NCBI GenBank assembly: GCA_038844785.1
Contig: JAWBRA010000003.1
Span: 5,363 to 69,362, forward strand
DNA: 64,000 nt
Direction: 5' to 3'
Source of the DNA: Candidatus Caldarchaeum sp.
GTDB taxonomy: Archaea; Thermoproteota; Nitrososphaeria_A; Caldarchaeales; Caldarchaeaceae
Positions 19,433 to 27,303 of the stretch are shown one piece after another. The notes under the pieces were generated by a model. It did not search any database and was not told where the DNA came from. It worked only from the letters and a program-made list of their open reading frames with translations. The position numbers and the translations under genes were made by a program. Each line of letters begins with the position of its first letter. Position 1 is the first letter of the stretch.

Positions 19433-20744
19433 TGTTCTGAACTGCTGAGGCCAAATGTAAAGGCGTTTCCAAAACTACGGGATCGACGCTTCTGAGGATG
19501 TGGCTTGCCGAGGCCATCGAAAGTAGAGGGTCGGCACCAGTTCCGATGAACCAAGCAACCAAGGCTTGGGCGTATCCGAAATACGTCTGCTTCAAAGGCC
19601 GTCCAATCCAGTTCAAGTAGGTCTTCAAACCGTTTGAAATAGAATCCACTTCCCCCACCACATAAACAGGTGCAGCAAGCTTTCTGCAGAGCTCCTCAAC
19701 ATCTCTCACGAGGGTTCGGTAGGTTGTCTTCAGGCTCTCTGCAACGGGTTTTTCGCTCCAGAGGACGTAGACAGGGTTTACGCCTGCCGTGGCGACATGT
19801 GAGACCACTACAGGCTGGCTCCGCGGCAGAAAAGGCCTTACCGCCGTAGCGTTGACATCGGCCGACAACAACACAGCCCTCGAGGATGCAACCGCATATC
19901 TGAGCTCAGGGTTTTCAACGAGCATGTTGAGGTCGCAGAAGGCTGTGAACCCTTTAAGAGACGTCAGAAATTCTCTGACCTTCTGGTCAGGCCCTGCGTC
20001 GCCGAATATGTAGGCCAGCTTCCCTGAGCCGAGCTTATCACGGCCTGTTCTACGGACAAGAAGCCTGAGCTGGCCGGGTCCTGCAAGTATTTCAGCCTCT
20101 TCTGGGATGCCTATCTTTTCAACAATGGTTTTTCCCGTTTGCTTTAAGTGAACCGGCTTAGGCTTGTGGAGGGCGACGGTTACGTCGGCTTGAAAGTAAA
20201 GGTCTCCAGCGCCCGTGTCAGGGTCAACCCCAGTAGGTATGTCAACAGCCAGTTTGAAGGCTTTAGAGCTGTTGGCAAGCTCGACCGCGGTCCTGTAAAC
20301 CCCTGACAACCCACCCCTCGCACCAGTTCCGAGAATGGCGTCCACAATCGCCTCGGCTTCGTCGAACAACTGTGCATGCTGCATGAGCTTCTCTATGGTT
20401 TCAACCGGTTCTAGAACGGTTGTGAGCCTCATGTTCTTTACCGCTTCATAGTTTATCCGAGCCTCTTGAGTCCTTATTTTAGACGGCTCGGCCAGCAGCA
20501 GCACCGTGACCTCAGCCCCCATGCAGGCCATGTGGCGGGCCGCAGCCAGCCCGTCCCCGCCGTTGTTCCCAGGCCCGCATAAAACCAAGATTTTCCGACC
20601 CTCGAGTTTTCCCAAAGCCTCTTCCAAGCGGGCTGCCACGGCTTTTCCCGCGTTCTCCATCAACACAAGCCTCCTGACACCCATCCAATCCGCGTTAGCG
20701 TCCAGAACCATCATCTCCTCAGAAGTAACAGTTTGCAAAGCCAA
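19413..20744 (-). CDS. YjeF_N NAD(P)H-hydrate epimerase domain protein with a divergent C-terminal domain (Nnr-like)
   Basis: N-terminal LMENAGKAVA...ILVLCGPGNNGGDGLAAARHM (YjeF_N). The C-terminal half matches the kinase-like YjeF_C only weakly. Convergent 20-nt overlap with serS. Confidence 0.55.
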   Translation of the reverse strand: MALQTVTSEEMMVLDANADWMGVRRLVLMENAGKAVAARLEEALGKLEGRKILVLCGPGNNGGDGLAAARHMACMGAEVTVLLLAEPSKIRTQEARINYEAVKNMRLTTVLEPVETIEKLMQHAQLFDEAEAIVDAILGTGARGGLSGVYRTAVELANSSKAFKLAVDIPTGVDPDTGAGDLYFQADVTVALHKPKPVHLKQTGKTIVEKIGIPEEAEILAGPGQLRLLVRRTGRDKLGSGKLAYIFGDAGPDQKVREFLTSLKGFTAFCDLNMLVENPELRYAVASSRAVLLSADVNATAVRPFLPRSQPVVVSHVATAGVNPVYVLWSEKPVAESLKTTYRTLVRDVEELCRKLAAPVYVVGEVDSISNGLKTYLNWIGRPLKQTYFGYAQALVAWFIGTGADPLLSMASASHILRSVDPVVLETPLHLASAVQNIIDQQA

Positions 20745-20779
20745 GCAATCTTTGAGGATTTTTTATATAAACATTACAG

Positions 20780-20835
20780 AAAAAAATCCTCCAGACAATA
20801 CCCAGATATATCGGGTAAAGAGTTCTGGAGAGAGT
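20780..20835 (-). terminator. stem-loop (7-bp outer stem, nested 5-bp inner stem) followed by a U7 tract on the minus strand; approximate coordinates
   Basis: Minus-sense TCTCCAGA...TCTGGAG hairpin, then ttttttt, then the TATA box tttatataaaaaa of the downstream Nnr-like gene. Confidence 0.35.
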
Positions 20836-20964
20836 TGTGGATTGGTGATACCGTCTGCTGCAAAAACAGTTTCATCTACAAGAAACGACTATGTTTGCTT
20901 AACATTCTACGGCCTGTTAAAAACCACGGCAATCCTGTAACGCCGGGACAGCCAAGGGACTGCG

Positions 20965-21902
20965 CTAAGGCTCGCCTCCAACGACGTTGGCCAAAACACC
21001 TATTTTCTCTATCTCCACCTCCACCAAGTCCTCCACGTTTAGCAGCTTGGGAGCTGGCTTGTAGAAAATTCCCACACCCGACGGAGTTCCAGTAGCTATG
21101 ACGTCACCGGGATCTAGGGTCATCATAAGCCGATACATGCCGAAAATCATGTTCCACGAGTTGGAGCTCTGCCTTATCTCGCCGTTTACCCTCGACATGA
21201 TTTTGAGGTTGTGGGGTCTCCAACCTCGTCTTGGGTAACCACCCATGGCCCGATGGGTGCAAACGTGTCGAATGACTTGCCGCGAACCCATTGACCTTCC
21301 TTAAACTGAATGTCACGTGCGGAGATATCGTTGAAACACGTGTAACCAAGAATAAACTCATGAGCCTGCGAACGAGAGACATTCCTGCATTTTCTCCCTA
21401 TGACAACCGCCAGCTCAGCCTCGTAATCCAGCTGTCTCGTAATCTTGGGGTAGATGATCGAGCTGCCCGGACCTGTTATGGCCGTGTACGGCTTCATGAA
21501 AATCACAGGCTCGTCAGGTGGTTTGACACCCTGCTCCTCAGCATGGTCTCTGTAGTTAAGACCCATGCAGATTATCTTCGGACGGTTATCAACCGGGGCT
21601 AGGAGGCTGACTTCAGAGACGGTGGCCTCAAGCGGATGCTTCCCCACAGCATCTTCTAACCGTCTTTTGTAAACTGTGTTCATGACACATTCTTCGGCGA
21701 ACTCGGCCACTGTTGTAGGAAGATTTTCGCCAAAAATACTGCTAAGGTAAGAGCGGCTATACACCCCTTCGTTAGCTATAATGGCATATTCCTCCCGGCC
21801 GCCGAATCTTATTCTAGCTATTTTCGTGGTTCGGCCATCGAGCGAAAAAGCTAAAAATTTTACGCAGCATAGTCGATCTCCAAAGCCAAGGCGAAAAATC
21901 AA
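20965..21902 (-). pseudogene. fumarylacetoacetate hydrolase (FAH)-family gene split by a single-base frameshift
   Basis: The N-terminal 238-aa ORF (ends ...PIGPWVVTQDEVGDP) and the C-terminal ORF (...HNLKIMSRVNGEIRQ...DPGDVIATGTPSGVG) are collinear with FAHD-type proteins. The frame changes inside a C4 run on the coding strand (G4 on the plus strand, about 21213-21216). Confidence 0.65.
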
Positions 21903-22069
21903 AAGCTATAGCCCCGCCGACTTTACGTCGGCTAACACAACGTGTCGAAGTATATCTGGATAGATACAGGCTGAAGACTGGTGCATCGAGCTGTGCTTCA
22001 ACCTTCCGTGACGCACTGACGATGACAAGGCCGATGGTTGAAGGAGAAACATGTAGACGATTCTGAGGT

Positions 22070-22175
22070 TTGGGCCCGGTGGGATTCGAACCCACGGCCA
22101 CCAGGTTATGAGCCTGGCGTTGCAGAAATATTACAAGCGGTAATATTTTCTCTGACCTAGCTGAGCTACGGGCCC
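22070..22175 (-). tRNA. tRNA with CAU anticodon (elongator Met or Ile2 type) carrying a roughly 30-nt intron at a non-canonical position (D-arm/position 25-26); coordinates approximate to 1 nt
   Basis: The reverse complement gives GGGCCCG/CGGGCCC acceptor stem, GCUC..GAGC D-stem, CCAGG-CUCAUAA-CCUGG anticodon arm, GUGGG-UUCGAAU-CCCAC T-arm and discriminator A. CCA is not encoded. An extra 30 nt (AAAAUAUUACCGCUUGUAAUAUUUCUGCAA, forming a 9-bp hairpin) sits between the D-stem and anticodon stem. Confidence 0.75.
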
Positions 22176-22196
22176 CGGCTAAATAAGCCAACTGCC

Positions 22197-22205
22197 CTTA
22201 TATAA
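22197..22205 (-). promoter_or_regulatory. TATA box (ttatataag) about 25 nt upstream of the tRNA 5' end
   Basis: Palindromic TATA element at the canonical distance. Confidence 0.5.
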
Positions 22206-22397
22206 GAATATGTCTGAAAGGAAAAATGAGGGGGGTGTTTGGCTGGAGGCCGGTCATCTGACAGCGTTTAAGCATGATGAAAACTGTGCATTGGCTCTTA
22301 AATCGCCGTAAAGCGTTGGGTACTGAATTGCCCGGCCTTCATCTGGTTTTTCTCCGCTGTCAGGCCTGGCCTCCAGCCATTGTTTGTTTGATTTTCT

Positions 22398-23186
22398 TCA
22401 GGAGTTAGCGTGTTTTTCGTGTAGTGGTTTATTGCTTGGGATTGGGCTGCTTTTCTGAGCCTGTGGTTGTGTCTTCTGTTGTTGGGTTTGTAGAGGCCGA
22501 CGTAGCATAGGGTTTTCCTCAGACCGGAATACGTGTAGTAGGAGGTCTGCTAGAGCTGCTTTTCCATAGAGGCTTTTGTATGTTAATCCTAGCTGTCTGC
22601 ATGTTTCATCATATCTGTGTAATGTTGTCTTCGCCATCCTTATTATCTGACGTGCCAGCCTGTCTTTGTCTCTGTCTATGGGTTTTACAGCTTCTGCGGA
22701 CGTTTTAAACAGCTTCAATAACCTCGGAAGCTTAAGCTGTTCAGTGTATTCGTCGATGAGCTTCATCAACCCAACATATTCTACTGTAACCTCCACGAAA
22801 CAACCTCCATCCATCATCGATAATATTTTCGCATCATTCTCATCGTTCTTGGACAGCGACAGCCTTTCTCTGTAGGCGGTTAGAAGGTCTGTCCTCTTCA
22901 GCCTGAAAACCCTGACGTCACGGCTGAGGAGCGCTGAAACGTCGTCATACATGGTTGGCGGTATGATGTCCACGTAAACCTCATCGCCTTCGGCTGCAGG
23001 AACGTCAACAAGACGAGATGTCCTAACACAGTGGTGTCCGTCGAAGACAACATGCGGCCTAGCTCTACGTCCACCGTTTGCAAACGCGTGAACATCGACG
23101 TAAAACCTTCTTGCCTCTCTCCCGAGAGGTTTATAAGCCTCTTTTCGGGGTCTCATCTCATCAGGCACCATTTCGTAAAAGTTCAA
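22398..23186 (-). CDS. hypothetical protein; N-terminal region resembles an IS110-family DEDD (RuvC-like) transposase domain, C-terminally truncated, with a Gln/Pro-rich tail
   Basis: FYVDVHAF (compare GIDVxK), acidic AAEGDE, and KNDENDAKIL (compare the K.D..DA motif) with IS110-like spacing. There is no Ser/'SG' catalytic Tnp region. Low-complexity tail QTQQQKTQPQAQK. TTG start. Confidence 0.3.
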   Translation of the reverse strand: MNFYEMVPDEMRPRKEAYKPLGREARRFYVDVHAFANGGRRARPHVVFDGHHCVRTSRLVDVPAAEGDEVYVDIIPPTMYDDVSALLSRDVRVFRLKRTDLLTAYRERLSLSKNDENDAKILSMMDGGCFVEVTVEYVGLMKLIDEYTEQLKLPRLLKLFKTSAEAVKPIDRDKDRLARQIIRMAKTTLHRYDETCRQLGLTYKSLYGKAALADLLLHVFRSEENPMLRRPLQTQQQKTQPQAQKSSPIPSNKPLHEKHANS

Positions 23187-23223
23187 TCTCAGGCTATATG
23201 CTTTCCTGTGGCTTAGAGTGTGG

Positions 23224-24254
23224 CTAGGAGACGCGTTGAAGCCCTCCCCTCCAGACCGGTGGGTAGGTTGACCTCGGCATCACAACTCTTGTCACGTCAA
23301 CGGCAACCCCCTCGGATGCGTTGACCATCTCCTCGCTGTCCATCAACGCCGTGCCGAAACCAACCAGCTCGCCTTTCAAGGTAAGCACGGCTACAAAGTC
23401 ACCCTTGGCAACGCCTGTCTCAAGCTTGCTAACACCAGCAACCATCAAGTCCGCCCCATGGCAAACGGCGTCCACAGCAGTGTCCAAAATGTAAACCTTC
23501 GGAACAAGCCGGACACACTCCTCAACAGGTTGGACGAGGTTCTTCAAGGTTTCCTCACGGCCCGTCTCCCTGTAATCTGTCCAAGCCTCGTAGAGCTCGA
23601 GCAAAGTATGCGAATCATCCTCTGTGAAAGGCCCTGCACGAGTTCTCCTAAGCTCCTCCATGTGCGCGCCGACGCCCAAGTATTCGCCGATGTCGTGGCA
23701 CAGCTTTCTAATGTAGGTCCCGCCAGAACAGCCAACCTTAAACAAAACCTTACGCCCCTCCCTCTCAACCAACTCAATGTAGTAAACCGTTCTGATGCGG
23801 GGTTTTCTTGCGACAGCCGCTCTCACAGGCGGTACCTGGTATATCTCACCTGTGAAAAAATCGAATGCCTCAGCCAGACTGTCGTCGGAAACATCGCCGT
23901 GGAGCTCCATCAAGCAAACATATTCTTTCCCGCTGTGCATCAAAGCCGCAGCCGCCTTCGTCCCCTCTCCAAGCATCAAGGGCAGGACGCCGGAGACAGC
24001 GGGATCTCCCCGAAAGCTTCTAGGGTCCCGCCGTGTCCAGCCTGGTTTATCTCCAGAATTTTTTTCACGATGTAAGCTACTTCATGGCTCGTCGGCCCCC
24101 TCTGCTTGTCCAAGTTAATAACACCGAGCCGAAGCAGTTCGTCCACACTCCTTTGATGAGGTGGTTTCCCGTAGCTAGGGTCTGTTTCGGCCTCGCGTCT
24201 AACAAGCATCTCCCGGCTAACGTTCCACGGAGGCTGGGATTTCATATCTTTCAA
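23224..24254 (-). CDS. cbf5: H/ACA RNP pseudouridine synthase Cbf5 (TruB family), reading frame interrupted by a 14-nt insertion (candidate mini-intron)
   Basis: Exon-1 frame ...GVINLDKQRGPTSHEVAYIVKKILEINQAGHGGTL, then 14 nt, then exon-2 frame DPAVSGVLPLMLGEGTKAAAALMHSGKEYVCLMELHGDV... collinear with Cbf5 through the PUA domain. The ORF track shows this as two ORFs (23976..24254 and 23224..23979). Confidence 0.8.
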
Positions 24255-24525
24255 CCATGTATTTCTCCAAACCAGCCGCCTTAATTGCTTTCAGAACATC
24301 CTCGTCGGAGGCGTTTTCAGGTATTTCGACCTTCTTAGGCGTCGGCACTATGTGTTTCATGTTCACACGCCTCCTCCGCAGGCCGGTCAACGACTTCGGA
24401 CCAGTCAAAAGAACATAGCCGTCGTCAAACACAGCTACAACCACTCCCTTGGCCCCCGCGTCTCTTCCCATGGTTTTGACGCAGATCCTGCCTATGAACT
24501 CTTTCGCAACCATTCCAGCAGGCAT
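24217..24525 (-). CDS. rpl14e: ribosomal protein L14e (KOW)
   Basis: MPAGMVAKEFIGRICVKTMGRDAGAKGVVVAVFDDGYVLLTGPKSLTGLRRRRVNMKHIVPT. Start taken at the internal ATG at 24525. Confidence 0.85.
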   Translation of the reverse strand: MPAGMVAKEFIGRICVKTMGRDAGAKGVVVAVFDDGYVLLTGPKSLTGLRRRRVNMKHIVPTPKKVEIPENASDEDVLKAIKAAGLEKYMVERYEIPASVER

Positions 24526-24576
24526 GAAACGTCGAACATCATTTATACATATATTTGGCTGAGGGCTAAGCGTTCT

Positions 24577-25173
24577 ATGGCTTCGAAGCCTGTCATCTGC
24601 CTCTCCGGCTTCGCCGCTGTAGGCAAATCCACCGTCGGAAAAACTCTCGCCAAAAGAATGCGGCTCAAGTATGTCTCTGGAGGCGATGCCTTGAAAGCCC
24701 TTGCTAAGGATATGGGGCTTAAGCCCACAGGTCGTGGATGGTGGGAGTCTTCCAAAGGCCTTGAGTTCCTCAAAATCAGAAGCCGCGACCAATCCTTCGA
24801 CAAGAAAGTTGACAGAAAGCTGCTTGAGCTTTGCAGGACGGGGGGAGTAGTTGTGGACTCATGGGTTATGCCCTGGCTCTATAAAGGCAGGTCCTTCAAC
24901 GTATGGCTCACCGCCGATAAAAAAAGACGTGCCGAAAGACTGTCCAAGCGGAGCGGGATACCGGTGTCAAAGGCCTTCCGGCTATTGACCTTACGCGACC
25001 GCCAGAGCGCCGCCATATACAGAAAGCTTTACGGAATAAAGATGGGAGAAGATTTTCAGCCATTCCATCTAATAATAGACACTTCCAGCATGAATCCGTC
25101 GCAGGTTGTGGAGATAATCGAGAATGTAGCTGGACACTTTTTTAGGAGGAGCTCCACTCGGCGGCGACGGTGA
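24577..25173 (+). CDS. cmk: cytidylate kinase (archaeal type)
   Basis: P-loop ICLSGFAAVGKSTVGKTLA, with an NMP-binding region and lid typical of archaeal Cmk. Start taken at the ATG at 24577. Confidence 0.75.
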   Translation: MASKPVICLSGFAAVGKSTVGKTLAKRMRLKYVSGGDALKALAKDMGLKPTGRGWWESSKGLEFLKIRSRDQSFDKKVDRKLLELCRTGGVVVDSWVMPWLYKGRSFNVWLTADKKRRAERLSKRSGIPVSKAFRLLTLRDRQSAAIYRKLYGIKMGEDFQPFHLIIDTSSMNPSQVVEIIENVAGHFFRRSSTRRRR

Positions 25174-25420
25174 CTATCCTTTCAGCCAGGCATGAAGCGC
25201 ATACCACGCCTCCGAACATCCGGGAAACAGTCTTTGACGAAAGGCTTCCCCGCCTGTTTGACACAACGCCATGGATTGTACGGCCGCAGTAGCAACAACG
25301 TGGCTTGCCCGGCATGCTCTCGCGGAAAAAGAGTTTAACTCTGCCGCCAGGAGTTCTAACCGCTATCCTTTTCCTGCTTCTTGTCCTGAGGCTTCTTCTC
25401 AACTTCCGACACCCCCACAC
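25142..25420 (-). CDS. rpl34e: ribosomal protein L34e
   Basis: RSLRTRSRKRIAVRTPGGR...C..CG......CASCL zinc-ribbon pattern of L34e. Confidence 0.8.
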   Translation of the reverse strand: MWGCRKLRRSLRTRSRKRIAVRTPGGRVKLFFRESMPGKPRCCYCGRTIHGVVSNRRGSLSSKTVSRMFGGVVCASCLAERIVTVAAEWSSS

Positions 25421-25868
25421 CTGTAAAGCTGATCCCCATAAGCTTTGAGATGGGAGAGCCTACACCGAAAAACGATAGGATGAACCAGCCATAAAACCTT
25501 ATCTCACCGTTTTGGGAGATGAACGGTATCTCAAGCCCCGCCGGCATAAACCCTATCACATCGTTTCCAAAATATCCTGCCAGAACGGGGTAAACTGTGA
25601 AGAATATCATGAGGCTGGCGAACATGGTCATCAGGTTTTTCTTGCTTATCTCCGCGTTCAGCTTCTGAATGTAATCCTTCTTTTTCTGAAGCTTCTGCAG
25701 GGTCTTCTGGTCTTTTTTACGCGTGGCAGCCATAAACTCCCTGTTGAAAGCCTGTATCTCAGCCATCTTAGCCAAATCCTCCTTCTTGAATATCAAGCGT
25801 CTAATAGCTGTCGTAGCGGCTGATATTGCCGCAGCCAACCCAGCGATTAACACCATCTCAGAAAACAT
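25356..25868 (-). CDS. DUF106 / archaeal YidC-Oxa1-EMC3-like membrane protein
   Basis: Three TM segments separated by a Lys-rich coiled-coil loop (KKDQKTLQKLQKKKDYIQKL). Conserved position downstream of secY. Confidence 0.6.
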   Translation of the reverse strand: MFSEMVLIAGLAAAISAATTAIRRLIFKKEDLAKMAEIQAFNREFMAATRKKDQKTLQKLQKKKDYIQKLNAEISKKNLMTMFASLMIFFTVYPVLAGYFGNDVIGFMPAGLEIPFISQNGEIRFYGWFILSFFGVGSPISKLMGISFTGVGVSEVEKKPQDKKQEKDSG

Positions 25869-25869
25869 G

Positions 25870-27303
25870 CTACTCCTCTCCTAGGAAGCGGCCCAGCATG
25901 GGATACATCTCAGAAAGCCTCTCCCTCACCAGTATTTGATAGTATTGGTGGAGAATCCCTATCATAAGCAGCAGCCCTATGCCGGAGCCGAAAACGTTCA
26001 GATAATCTGCTACGCTGGCTACCACACCTATTATCAAGCCTCCTACGATGGTGACTGTGGAGATGTATTTTCCGATGACGCTTGCTATGATGGTTGGAGA
26101 CCTTCGGAAGCCGGGCACCTGCATGCCTGCGCTTATAAGCTGCTCAGCCACCTTCTCAGGTCCGAGACCTCCTATTTGAACCCAGAACTTGGCGAACAGG
26201 ACGGCGAAGGTTATCAGCAGTGCCGCGTGGACTACCGCTCTCACAGGGTCGTGCAGAACGTTTGTAAGCCCGCGCGGGCCTATGACGTAGTACGCCAGCC
26301 CGCCCGTTGGGATGAGAGTGCCCACGTTCTGGTCGTAGACATATGTTCCTATGAGGTTGAGGAAGAAGTTCTCGTTGTTGGGGTTGAACCTGCTCCAGAC
26401 CAGCGAGCCTAGGTAGAAGATGTTGCTGAAGATTGTTGTCGCGAAGATTATCGGGACGTTGGAGACGTAAAGCAGCTTGACAGGGTATTTGGCACGGTAT
26501 CCTTGGAACCTTGCGTAGGAGATGGGTATCTCAACCCTAACCGCTTCGATGTAAATCAGGGCGAGTATGAGGAAAATAGTAGAGAGAAGCCCTACTATGT
26601 CTGGGTAGCCTCCCCGCCTTATGAATGCCTCCGATATCCTGCCGGTCAACATCGTCTGGACAATGGCTGGAATTATTCCCTGATAAATTCCATCGGCCAG
26701 TATTATCGGGGATATAAGCGAGACAAACACCTCTTCGGCGACGCCCGCCACTATGAAAAGGCTTATCCCACTGCCCAGCCCCCACCCCTTCTGCACAAGC
26801 TCGTCAAGCAGAATTATCAGAATAGTCGCCATCACAAGCTGTATGAATATGAGGGTGTTTTGAGTGGGTGTTGTGGCTCCGAAGAAACCTGCGTAAACGT
26901 AGGCGGCTCCCTGAAATAATGTTATGACTATGGCGAGGAATTTGCTGGCCGAAGTGAATAACGCTCTGTCCTCGCTTTTCTTCAGGTCTAGCCTTATCAG
27001 CTCGGCGCCCACGAGAAGCTGGAGTATGAGCCCGGCGGTGACTATCGGGCCTATGCCGAGAGTTATGAGGGTTCCCTGTTTCTGGGCGAACACTATGTTG
27101 AGGAGCACTGGGCTCTGACCACCTTGGGGTGTTGAAGGAAGGCCGTAGAGAAAGGTGTGACCCATCCATACATAGACAACCAAAGCTAGAGCCGTCCAAG
27201 CAAGTTTCTCAGTCAAACCAACCTTTCTTCCAGGCTTCTTAATCTCCGGCAGTATGCGTGAGACTTTTTCAAAAAAAGTTCTGACAGATGATTGCTCGCT
27301 CAT
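25870..27303 (-). CDS. secY: preprotein translocase SecY
   Basis: Ten TM segments with SecY signature regions. Immediately follows rpl15. Confidence 0.9.
   Translation of the reverse strand: MSEQSSVRTFFEKVSRILPEIKKPGRKVGLTEKLAWTALALVVYVWMGHTFLYGLPSTPQGGQSPVLLNIVFAQKQGTLITLGIGPIVTAGLILQLLVGAELIRLDLKKSEDRALFTSASKFLAIVITLFQGAAYVYAGFFGATTPTQNTLIFIQLVMATILIILLDELVQKGWGLGSGISLFIVAGVAEEVFVSLISPIILADGIYQGIIPAIVQTMLTGRISEAFIRRGGYPDIVGLLSTIFLILALIYIEAVRVEIPISYARFQGYRAKYPVKLLYVSNVPIIFATTIFSNIFYLGSLVWSRFNPNNENFFLNLIGTYVYDQNVGTLIPTGGLAYYVIGPRGLTNVLHDPVRAVVHAALLITFAVLFAKFWVQIGGLGPEKVAEQLISAGMQVPGFRRSPTIIASVIGKYISTVTIVGGLIIGVVASVADYLNVFGSGIGLLLMIGILHQYYQILVRERLSEMYPMLGRFLGEE

Noticed and set aside
21960-22065. 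Possible C/D-box sRNA (GATGACA ... CTGA) between the FAH-family gene and the tRNA
   Set aside because: The C box is imperfect, the guide spacing is too short, and there is no terminal stem or C'/D' boxes.
22070-22175. Initiator tRNA-Met assignment
   Set aside because: It has G1-C72 rather than A1-U72 and lacks the three consecutive G-C pairs at the base of the anticodon stem. It is elongator Met or Ile2 type.
24000-24028. A canonical bulge-helix-bulge fold for the 14-nt cbf5 insert
   Set aside because: I could not draw two 3-nt bulges around a 4-bp helix by eye. Only a CGGG/CCCG helix-loop at the 3' junction was found, so intron status remains a hypothesis and not a feature call.
25356-25420. 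The 65-nt same-strand overlap of rpl34e with the DUF106 3' end as evidence of a mis-called start
   Set aside because: The conserved RTPGGR motif of L34e sits at residues 22-27 only if the upstream start is used, so the overlap is probably real.
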